Source: a virus. From it: DNA of 64,000 nt. Below are positions 49,559 to 57,892 of the stretch, piece by piece (the first letter of the stretch is position 1; each line of letters starts with the position of its first letter). The DNA is taken from the IMG/VR virus record IMGVR_UViG_3300028874_000010, positions 48,369 to 112,368 of that record. One strand, 5' to 3'. The notes beneath the pieces were generated by a model, which was not told where the DNA came from, made no database searches, and worked only from the letters and a program-made list of their open reading frames with translations. The position numbers and the translations under genes are program-made.

Positions 49559-49774
49559 TTATAAGATGGTAGCAATTAAAGTAATTTGTCTTGGTTGATC
49601 ACCATCTTCTGTTGTTTTGGTGTAGCGAATATCAAATTTAACTTTACTGGTATCAGTAGGATCTAAATCTTCAATAGCATAACTAGTAACTTGGTTGTTG
49701 CTTTGATCTACCAGAATAGCAAGAAGAGCATCAAGAGTTTCTTGACCTAAAGTGAATTGGTATTTAGTTGTCAT
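49559..49774 (-). CDS. small hypothetical protein
   Basis: ORF. Confidence 0.45.
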   Translation of the reverse strand: MTTKYQFTLGQETLDALLAILVDQSNNQVTSYAIEDLDPTDTSKVKFDIRYTKTTEDGDQPRQITLIATIL

Positions 49775-49799
49775 TTTATGAAGTTGTTGTTCTATTACT

Positions 49800-49916
49800 T
49801 GGTGGGTGGTTAGGAAATCGAATCCATTTGCAGTTTATGTAGTATCAGGAAGAACCGACGCCTGTTTGATAGCTTCCCTGCATCACCTATACTATGGCCA
49901 CCTTCGGCAACCACCC
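49800..49916 (-). ncRNA. tRNA-like RNA with acceptor stem, T arm and ACCA but no canonical anticodon arm
   Basis: GGGTGGTT/AACCACCC-ACCA; GGA-TTCGATT-TCC; expanded centre. Confidence 0.6.
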
Positions 49917-49927
49917 AGTGTTTTAAA

Positions 49928-50215
49928 TTACCAACCAGCAATAGCTGTTACATCTTTATAATGTCGTTTTCTAAGGCGTGTTGGTTTTGCTGGACCGACC
50001 ATGATTGGATACACAAAACAATTGAAAAATGTTTTATGGACCTTCCAGCCTACGACCCAAACACCAGGTTTAAGTTGATATGGGAGTTTTTCGTTGTTCC
50101 ATGCATCCTCTACATACTTCTTAACTACCTCTTTGGTCTGTGTATCGGGATCACCAAATGCAAACCTAACACTATTTAGAGCAGACAGTAGGCCGCCCGA
50201 TAATTCAGCAATCAT
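49928..50215 (-). CDS. hypothetical protein
   Basis: ATGA overlap. Confidence 0.5.
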   Translation of the reverse strand: MIAELSGGLLSALNSVRFAFGDPDTQTKEVVKKYVEDAWNNEKLPYQLKPGVWVVGWKVHKTFFNCFVYPIMVGPAKPTRLRKRHYKDVTAIAGW

Positions 50216-50736
50216 GCAACTAACCCGAGTGCGGCTCGACCAAGTTCATGATTGCCATAAGTCTTTGACAATGCATCCGATGTTGTCATACTCCGAAATG
50301 CACGTTCATGAAATTGTTCATCTACTAAAATTTTAGTAAACACTTCGCGAATATCCCGAGGAGCTGTTTGATCTTCACTAATAACTTGAATGCGTTCTAG
50401 ACGCATTGCTTCAGCATGAGTAGTGACAGCAGTACCGGTTTCGAAACTATCAATTCCTGGTAGTGTAGAAGCCCAATAGCGGTTCTCTGCATTCTCGGTT
50501 GAAGGTGTTATACCACGAGATGTTAAAAGCCCTAGGACCCATGAAGCATGAGTTTCTTCTTGTTGCGCAATAACAGAAAGAGTTTTAAGGTCATGACCGT
50601 TAACGTTAAACTGAAGTGCTAATTTGCGAATTCTAGAGGCAGCGGTAAGTTCACCCCGGTATTGTTTGACTAGCCATTCCTTCAGCAATGAAGGAGAAGC
50701 TTTAACTTCATTCCACCAAGTTTGAGATGTTTTCAT
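50212..50736 (-). CDS. ferritin-like di-iron protein
   Basis: E..(EETH)..E..(DEQFH) four-helix ligand pattern. Confidence 0.7.
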   Translation of the reverse strand: MKTSQTWWNEVKASPSLLKEWLVKQYRGELTAASRIRKLALQFNVNGHDLKTLSVIAQQEETHASWVLGLLTSRGITPSTENAENRYWASTLPGIDSFETGTAVTTHAEAMRLERIQVISEDQTAPRDIREVFTKILVDEQFHERAFRSMTTSDALSKTYGNHELGRAALGLVA

Positions 50737-51044
50737 ATTCTATATTTGTTATTGTTTAAAATGGCACATCGTATTTAAAAATAGATAGGGGTTCACCGAA
50801 TTCATTAAGCAGCTACACTTCTAGGTTGGCTCGATAATATTCATAGAAACGTAGCCGGCCTAAAGAGACTAAATCTTTAATTAACCTATGAATATCGCCA
50901 ACGTCTGCCCCACTTACCAGTTGTACATCTTAGGCATCTTGCTGATCTATTTTATTTCTGGTAAAGTTTTATCGAGAGCTTATCCTGAGAAGGATTTACG
51001 GTTAACCAGCTCTCATCATGATATTAAGTAGGTTATCACACTTT

Positions 51045-51323
51045 TTATTTTAATGCTAAGATTGTTAATGCTTGAATTAGTTTTTCACGAGCGAGTTCGA
51101 TTGATCTATCGGTATCTGTAGTCCATCTAGCATCGTTATAGCTTAGTGCTGCACTAAGCTCCCGATTTGCTTGTTCTAAACAGCCACAGAGTTTCTTAAT
51201 AACAGAATCATGATCTGGTTTTGATTCAGCATTCTTACCTAACAACAAACCAAGTTTAGCTTCGCCGATCCCAGACTCAGCTAATCGCTCAAGCACTTGC
51301 TTATAAATCTGTTCTGCCGTCAT
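51045..51323 (-). CDS. hypothetical protein
   Basis: ORF. Confidence 0.5.
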   Translation of the reverse strand: MTAEQIYKQVLERLAESGIGEAKLGLLLGKNAESKPDHDSVIKKLCGCLEQANRELSAALSYNDARWTTDTDRSIELAREKLIQALTILALK

Positions 51324-51416
51324 AAATTAGAACTCACAAAATGTAATAAAAATTATTCTTTCGAAGAACCAATTGTAAACTCAATTTTGCCCATTGAATA
51401 CATATCATTTTCGGAA

Positions 51417-51776
51417 TTAGAACTTTGCCGCAAGAGCTTCCATGATGTCAAGTTCTTCGTTTCTCAAATCACGGACTTGTCCTTCGCGAACTGCTTGACA
51501 GAAGGCCATCATATTGACAACAGCCCGAACAGTCGATGCATCAAACTTCTCAACCTTGTGAGCGGTTGACCCATTATTGAACCAACCATCTGCGCCATCT
51601 GGTCCCTTGATTTCTTCATCATCATCATTCGGACCATAGATAATTTCAAGATTGTCATCTGTCAAACCCTTGAGAGCTTGAACGATTTGGATAACCTGGT
51701 CCTTCTTGATCGATTCTGTAATCGTGGGTTTGGCTAGCTTAACACCAGCCAGTTGGGCAATACGCTTGATGTCCAT
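51417..51776 (-). CDS. hypothetical late protein
   Basis: Start MDIKRIAQLAG; the track N-terminus is tRNA sequence. Confidence 0.6.
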   Translation of the reverse strand: MDIKRIAQLAGVKLAKPTITESIKKDQVIQIVQALKGLTDDNLEIIYGPNDDDEEIKGPDGADGWFNNGSTAHKVEKFDASTVRAVVNMMAFCQAVREGQVRDLRNEELDIMEALAAKF

Positions 51777-51796
51777 TATATTTCCTATGCATTGGG

Positions 51797-51871
51797 TGGC
51801 GCGGGGATGGGAATTCGAATCCCATACTCCTGGGTGGAAGCCAGACATGTAACCGTCAACACTTTCCCCGC
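51797..51871 (-). tRNA. tRNA-Gly(TCC), G73
   Basis: GCGGGGA acceptor, CTGG-CTTCCAC-CCAG, CCA. Confidence 0.82.
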
Positions 51872-51946
51872 AATAATTTGATACTGTAAAATATTACATT
51901 TCTATTTATATCACTTTACAGTATCATGTATAGCTTTTTGCCAAAC

Positions 51947-52318
51947 TTATCTCGTAGGCCTATCTTTATATTCAGCCTTCAAATCTTTAGTAAGTTTTTT
52001 TGCTTCTTTATCAGTTAATTCGCGAGTTAGAAAAATATCATATCCAACACCAAATTCAATTCCTTTTTTCCAATCATAACCTTTCTGAACTTCTACTTTC
52101 TTAATGATTGGTTGGCCGGCTTTCTTTACCACTGATCCAAGAACCAAATGTTCCGGGAATTCGAATGTTACTTCAAATATTACCGTATCACGATTGACTT
52201 CAATAAGGTTAAAAGCAGAATGCCTAACGTTAGTAATCTCTCTAATCGCAGTCTTGATTAACTCAATTACGTCTATTTAGTCAGAAGCGGCCGCTTCAAA
52301 TAATTCTTTGATTTTCAT
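51947..52318 (-). pseudogene. MKIKELFE-type gene with in-frame TAA at codon 14
   Basis: Frame is open on both sides of TAA 52277-52279; TAATG coupling to the upstream gene. Confidence 0.65.
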
Positions 52319-52716
52319 TACATTGGTCCCATTGCACATGTAGCCAATGATTGAAGAGTTTTTGCCAAAGTTTCAGTAATGCTAGGATTTTTTGCTAATA
52401 TCGTAGCAGGTTTAGCAACTCGTTTTAATACTCCGCCATCACCTTCATGTTCAAATATAGAACCCATGTAAAGCAAAGCAAGTTTCATATTTGCTGGAGT
52501 ATTTAAAAATTCTTTCAACTCCGATTTGGCTTTACCTCGAATCAAGTCTGCGGAACTTTTTGCTTGTTCAAGATTTTCCTTTCTTACTTCTTCATCTTTT
52601 TTATCTCTGGTATCAGAGGCCAAATAATATTGGAACATCATATCAACAATTTTATTACTAGATGTCATTGTCGCTACACCTTCATTCAACTGTAGCAATT
52701 CTTGAATTAGACTCAT
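52318..52716 (-). CDS. hypothetical late protein
   Basis: MSLIQELLQLNEG; ATAAATA upstream. Confidence 0.6.
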   Translation of the reverse strand: MSLIQELLQLNEGVATMTSSNKIVDMMFQYYLASDTRDKKDEEVRKENLEQAKSSADLIRGKAKSELKEFLNTPANMKLALLYMGSIFEHEGDGGVLKRVAKPATILAKNPSITETLAKTLQSLATCAMGPM

Positions 52717-52754
52717 AAATAACCTTTAAGTGGATGGTATCTTATTTATCTTAT

Positions 52755-53171
52755 TTATCTAACAATGATCCACTTACGATCATTATGACGTGCTTTCATT
52801 TTATCCCAGAAGGTCGAACTCAAGCTTGCCTTTCCATCACTAACTTTAGTATGATCTTTAACTTTGATGGTTAAGTGTTCTGGAAGACTAGCAACAATGC
52901 ATTCTACAAAAGATGTGCCAAGGCCTTTATCTTTAAGACTTTCATCTAGATAAAAATTATCCAGATAGACATATGTTTCGTGTAGCCATAGATCGAATTC
53001 AATCTGGTCATTGGTATGATGACGTGTAAAGATATGGTCTATCTTGCCAGAGATATCGACAGGCTTTTCAAAAGATTTATGACAGAAATCCTTAATGTTC
53101 TTCACTACTTGCTTGCGCAGAGCATTAAGTTGATCTGGAGATAATTCTTGTTTAATTTCTTTGAGAAGCAT
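52755..53171 (-). CDS. GNAT-like late protein
   Basis: LDNFYL...KGLGT.FV...FWDKM. Confidence 0.55.
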   Translation of the reverse strand: MLLKEIKQELSPDQLNALRKQVVKNIKDFCHKSFEKPVDISGKIDHIFTRHHTNDQIEFDLWLHETYVYLDNFYLDESLKDKGLGTSFVECIVASLPEHLTIKVKDHTKVSDGKASLSSTFWDKMKARHNDRKWIIVR

Positions 53172-53270
53172 TTCGTTACAGTCCTTGTGTTTTTAGTATT
53201 TATAAGCACGAGAACTGTAACGGTATAAAAAGGGAGGCAGCAAAGGGGTTGCGCCAGTCCCATAAACTTG

Positions 53271-53348
53271 TGGTAGTCTGTATCGGATTCGAACCGATGA
53301 CCTACTGTTTTGAAGACAGATGCTCTAACCAGACTAAGCTAACAGACC
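53271..53348 (-). tRNA. tRNA with TCA anticodon (opal/UGA suppressor)
   Basis: CTGT-CTTCAAA-ACAG; standard 7/5 class I body, A73, CCA. Confidence 0.82.
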
Positions 53349-53389
53349 ATAGAAGCATTATACACAAACAAAACAACATTGTACATCTT

Positions 53390-53710
53390 TTAATAATTAA
53401 TCGTTTCACCAAGATGTTCGAGCATACACGCCAAAGTAAAAAACAGAGTGCTCAACTTTGCTGTTGCCTTTCCGTGGCCAATTGCATGAATAGCCAGAGA
53501 ATCCGACATGTTTATAAAAAACTGGCCTTCATTTTCAATTTTATTGCAATTATCATACATATTACCAATAGGTATAAGGTATGATAATTGTTGGGATTTT
53601 GCTTCATCAATAGCGGTTAATAAAGTTTTGAGTTCATACGAAGATCCGTATTTTTTGTGTGCCAAATTATAAAGATCTGAAGCAGTAGTTATTCCAGTAT
53701 TGGATAACAT
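53390..53710 (-). CDS. hypothetical protein
   Basis: GGAG RBS. Confidence 0.5.
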   Translation of the reverse strand: MLSNTGITTASDLYNLAHKKYGSSYELKTLLTAIDEAKSQQLSYLIPIGNMYDNCNKIENEGQFFINMSDSLAIHAIGHGKATAKLSTLFFTLACMLEHLGETINY

Positions 53711-53722
53711 GTCAAAACTCCA

Positions 53723-53956
53723 TTAATAAGCCATTGCGTAAGCATGGAATCCGGTATCTTTATATCCAGATGTTCCCCAGCACACTCGACGATTGCAACA
53801 ATCGCAACGATGGCTCCATCCATCCCAGCCTCGGCAATTCGCCTCAGGATTTACCTCATCGCAATTATGTCCTTCAAACTCAATAAATTCGCCAGGACCA
53901 ACACTAAGTGACGAGTGGGTTATTGCTGCTTCTGGTGTTGAAAAATGAGGTGTCAT
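53723..53956 (-). CDS. small Cys-rich protein
   Basis: C...C.GWDG...RC.C.NRRV.W. Confidence 0.6.
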   Translation of the reverse strand: MTPHFSTPEAAITHSSLSVGPGEFIEFEGHNCDEVNPEANCRGWDGWSHRCDCCNRRVCWGTSGYKDTGFHAYAMAY

Positions 53957-54277
53957 TTTACTATCTCGGAATTAGGTCCTGCCAAAAGTACTATGTATAT
54001 ATGGCAGGACTATATACATAGGATCCAAAACGACGATCATGGATCACTAGCCGATTTTATTACGTCGATTACAACTTCAAGGTCCCGGCTTTTGGTGCTG
54101 GTTTTAAGTAGCTATATCGGGAGAAAGCCAGCAAAAGTCCGATACACGTATCCAAGTCAATAGATATTTCGATGGATCATCCGGTGATGTAAATCATACC
54201 TAAAGAGATTTCTCTCCTCACCGCAAAACCATTGTATTCCAACATAACGAGTTTGTAAACAACAATTTTCACATACG

Positions 54278-54306
54278 AAAAAGCCTCTCAAAAAGAGAGG
54301 CTTTTT
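54278..54306. terminator. bidirectional terminator after tRNA-Met
   Basis: AAAAAGCCTCTC-AAAAA-GAGAGGCTTTTT. Confidence 0.8.
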
Positions 54307-54313
54307 ATTGTAA

Positions 54314-54386
54314 TGGATGCGACCGAAGGTAACGATCCTTCTCCCATCATGGATTATGAGCCCAGAGTCTGCCATCAGAAGTCGCA
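54314..54386 (-). tRNA. tRNA-Met(CAT)-like with minimal D arm
   Basis: TGGG-CTCATAA-TCCA; D arm TCTG-ATGG-CAGA; CCA. Confidence 0.7.
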
Positions 54387-54833
54387 ACTGTATTTATAGC
54401 AGGAAAAAAGTTTCGTATAGGAATTGGTCTTCACCAATGACATTTTTTATAGGCTGTCTGACCTTAAATTGCAACATACTCCGACCTATACCTCAGATGA
54501 CATTTCAGGAAGTCATCTCCTTGCCTCTTTATTCATGATGTTTAGACCTACCGTTTATCCAGTTTATGGTGACGATAACCCGTACGCATCACAACGCTTC
54601 ATTGAAGGATCCTCAGTTATGAGAATCCTTCTCCACTTCTAAAGAATCCCACGGCTCTATTTTCATCCATTGAACAATTGGGAACTACCATTCAACTTCA
54701 GTGTAGCACTTATAAAGGATCAATATCAAAAATTTAATGAACCTTCACTAATGGTCTACAAGCATTACGTTAGAGGTTTGTACCACAACCAACGTGAGAT
54801 GAATTATATATCAATTCTAGGAAAAGTGTAAAA

Positions 54834-55247
54834 TTATTTAATCAATGCCCAATTACGAATATATGAACGAGCACCAGTACAATCACATAAGTACTTGGAG
54901 TTTGTAAATTCCACAACAAACATACCTTCCTTAGGAAGATCCGCATCACCTAGAGGGCCTTCTGGTCTCTTATCAGACCCAAATATTTCTTTGCCTTTAT
55001 ATACTTTAAGTTCATAACCAGATTTCTTTAGTTCACTCTCAACTTTTTTAAAAGTTGCTGCACTAATAGGCTTATATTTTGTATCTGGTTCTGGAGTATC
55101 TATTTCTTCCCAATAGCTCGGTTTCTCAATCAAACTAACTCCGGCATCTTTTAATATATTAAGTTGTGCCGATCCAAATGCTTGCGTTCCGGTAATAGGT
55201 TTAGCACTGGTGGTAAGGTGCTCTTTAAAAATATCTTTTACTTTCAT
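54834..55247 (-). CDS. hypothetical late protein
   Basis: MKVKDIFKE; TATAAATA at 55271. Confidence 0.6.
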   Translation of the reverse strand: MKVKDIFKEHLTTSAKPITGTQAFGSAQLNILKDAGVSLIEKPSYWEEIDTPEPDTKYKPISAATFKKVESELKKSGYELKVYKGKEIFGSDKRPEGPLGDADLPKEGMFVVEFTNSKYLCDCTGARSYIRNWALIK

Positions 55248-55273
55248 AATAATCCTTTATATGTGCTTTATAT

Positions 55274-56608
55274 TTATACCAATTCTAATAATGCTTTGTA
55301 TTCATCAAAATATACCGATTTCTTATGTGTTCCAGCCATGATTGATTCCCAAGAATTATCTCTGAGATAAGCCATTTCATTCCAAATCCCGCCAGATAAA
55401 GAATTGCCATTCATTTCTTTATTTAGCTCTGTTGCTTTTTTGGTAACATCATCAAAGGTAAATAAATCTTTGTATTTCCAAGAGGCATCCAGATTTAATT
55501 CATATCCATATTTGTCTGCATTATTCGCAAACTCGGATCCATATTCTTTATTTGGATTTAGAAATAATGGATAGAACATTGCAAAACTTAATGTATCATT
55601 TGACTTGATCCATTCCACTGTAGCATGATGTTCATCAAGAGTAGAATGAGGAAGCCCAACAATAAAAATCGACATAAGTCTGGTTAAAGGCCATTCTTTC
55701 TGTAACTTAAATAATAATTCTTTAACTTTATCTGGATGCATTCCTTTTCCAATCGCTTTTCCGGATTGATGGTTGAATGTTTCAAGTCCAAATTGAGCAC
55801 CTCGCAGCCCCATATCCCTGAGAATAGGAATTTGCTCAGGAAAAGCATGGAGTAAATCATGCCTGAGATAGCAAACAAAAGAAATTTTTAGATTTCTTTT
55901 AGAAAGCATATTGGCGATCCCTTCTATTTTAGAAGTAGTATCATTAAAGGTATCACATGTAATGTAATAATTGGTCGATCCAAATTTATCTCTATTATAT
56001 TCTATCTGGTCTCCAATCAGTTTAGGATCCCTGTTATAATCAAATTTGTCTCGGCCTCTTAAACTGAAAGAACAGAATTTACAGTTAAAGATACATCCAC
56101 GAGAAATTTCTAATGGGAGTGTTTCTCTAGGTAAAATGAAATCATCATTGGTGTACCTATGTTCCAGTGTTTGGATATCACTTCTGTATTTAGGAACCAA
56201 GATATCAAATGCTTTAAAAATATCTTCTTCATTTTTACCGTTTACATATCTTGCATTTCCGAGTGGGAGCTCTATTGCATTCCCTCCAACTACCACTTTA
56301 CCTGGATTGACTTGTTTTATAAAATGATGAAGCTTAGCAATCTTAGGAGTATTGTAATCAACATCAGAAACATTCAATCTATTAGAGATAGCTTTGAACA
56401 TCCAAGCTGCAGAAATTCCTAAGTAATCAATGTTCTTATATCTTGATGCTAATTGATCAAGTTCGTCATAACTGAAATGTCCAAACCGATCTAGTGTGTA
56501 CGCCCGAAATCCATTCTTTCTTAATAAGAAAGCAATATACGAAGCCGCATAAGTTTTATAATGAATATCTGGTGTATACGTATCCTGGAGGATTAAAGCA
56601 GTCTTCAT
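55274..56608 (-). CDS. B12-binding (class B-like) radical SAM protein
   Basis: N-terminal cobalamin-binding-like domain (LGIS, VVVGG); EISRGCIFNCKFC; DTFND; FGLET; FIVGLP. Confidence 0.8.
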   Translation of the reverse strand: MKTALILQDTYTPDIHYKTYAASYIAFLLRKNGFRAYTLDRFGHFSYDELDQLASRYKNIDYLGISAAWMFKAISNRLNVSDVDYNTPKIAKLHHFIKQVNPGKVVVGGNAIELPLGNARYVNGKNEEDIFKAFDILVPKYRSDIQTLEHRYTNDDFILPRETLPLEISRGCIFNCKFCSFSLRGRDKFDYNRDPKLIGDQIEYNRDKFGSTNYYITCDTFNDTTSKIEGIANMLSKRNLKISFVCYLRHDLLHAFPEQIPILRDMGLRGAQFGLETFNHQSGKAIGKGMHPDKVKELLFKLQKEWPLTRLMSIFIVGLPHSTLDEHHATVEWIKSNDTLSFAMFYPLFLNPNKEYGSEFANNADKYGYELNLDASWKYKDLFTFDDVTKKATELNKEMNGNSLSGGIWNEMAYLRDNSWESIMAGTHKKSVYFDEYKALLELV

Positions 56609-56681
56609 ATATGGTTGTATTAGGTAGGTTATACTAAACGTCCTGGCGGCGAACAAGGGCGGCCAGCGTACTTCTAAATGC

Positions 56682-56714
56682 AAAATGGGCTCACTAATAT
56701 AGTGAGCCCATTTT
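56682..56714. terminator. bidirectional hairpin terminator
   Basis: AAAATGGGCTCACTA-ATA-TAGTGAGCCCATTTT. Confidence 0.75.
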
Positions 56715-56927
56715 AATCAAGAAAGATTTATTCTTTTGGGATATATCTTGTATTCATGGTTTCAAATTCACCAGTTACAACATCATAAGATATAACTTTG
56801 GTTGTTATGACTGGTAAATAATTACAAACATAACGGCTTGGGTGATCTATAGGACAGATCACCGCTCGTTCCCCAACTTTGATGAATACATTTTTCAACG
56901 GATCATATTGGACGAGCAGTTTCATAA

Positions 56928-57326
56928 TTATACTTCGGTTTTGCAAAGTGGAGTAAAGCCAAAATTATCTACAACATACACCTGATAACCATCACGGTCG
57001 GTTTCAAAAATATCACCAACCGACATTGATGTATGTGACAACCCAAGTCTTTGAATCAGATCGTGGGCTTCACCGCGAGGAGACCAAACTTCTCCTTGAA
57101 GGGAAGAATACATTTCTTCCATCGTAAAGCTCGAAGAAATCTCACCTAGCAAAATATGAGTCTTACTGAGATCATTTGGATTTATAAAATATCCATTTGA
57201 TGCAGCATCTTTCAAACCAAAACCAAAGTGGCGGAAATATTCAGGCTTGACATACCAAACCTTGACATTACCTTTAGCTAAACCTGGAAGAACCTCGTAG
57301 TTCGCATCATTCAGAGAAGTGTACAT
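56928..57326 (-). CDS. YodL-like protein
   Basis: HTSMSVGDI...VVDNFGF. Confidence 0.55.
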   Translation of the reverse strand: MYTSLNDANYEVLPGLAKGNVKVWYVKPEYFRHFGFGLKDAASNGYFINPNDLSKTHILLGEISSSFTMEEMYSSLQGEVWSPRGEAHDLIQRLGLSHTSMSVGDIFETDRDGYQVYVVDNFGFTPLCKTEV

Positions 57327-57526
57327 TTTGAAAACTCCATTAAGTTAGACCATGGAATCATTATATCAAAACTTTCAAGATATGTAAAATTTTTATTTTA
57401 TATTGTTCCTAACTCTATCAATAAGTTTTACACCAGTAAATACCTCATATTTTTTGAGCTGGTTTATTGCTTTTTGCTATAATACTCTCAGAATCATGAG
57501 AGTATTTATAGCAAAAATGGTGCGGG

Positions 57527-57600
57527 TGGGCCATACTGGGTTCGAACCAGTAACCTTAGAATTATGAGTTCTCTGCTCTAACCAATTGAGCTAATGGCCC
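57527..57600 (-). tRNA. tRNA(CAT), probably Ile2 (lysidine type)
   Basis: AGAA-CTCATAA-TTCT; C4-G69 and C5-G68 TilS-type pairs; CCA not fully encoded. Confidence 0.85.
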
Positions 57601-57892
57601 TATTCATTACTTGACTGATTTTAAATGATTCTTTTTGATTGGAATCGGTGCAACAACTTCTACTACTATTTGTTTTTCTGGTGATAAGAACTCGGGTCTT
57701 TTACCACCTAAAGGATTGTCCATATCATTAATTGGAAGAATTCCCATCCATGCAGGATTAATCATTTCAAAAAACGGTGGTGTAATTCTCACAGAATAAC
57801 TTAGAATTTTCATCAATACGTCCTATTTATATTCCAGAGGTTCTTTAACTAAAGAACCTCTGGAGGTCTACCACGAATCGTATTAAAGCTTA

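Noticed and set aside
53200-53270. Theta/HDV-like ribozyme downstream of the suppressor tRNA
   Set aside because: Folds as a simple hairpin plus U-tract; the nested double pseudoknot was not found by eye
53271-53348. Selenocysteine tRNA
   Set aside because: 7-bp acceptor, short variable loop and A73 do not fit tRNA-Sec; no selA/selB/selD in the window
53960-54800. tmRNA or RNase P RNA
   Set aside because: No alanyl tRNA-like ends or tag frame; RNase P conserved segments not found in the right order
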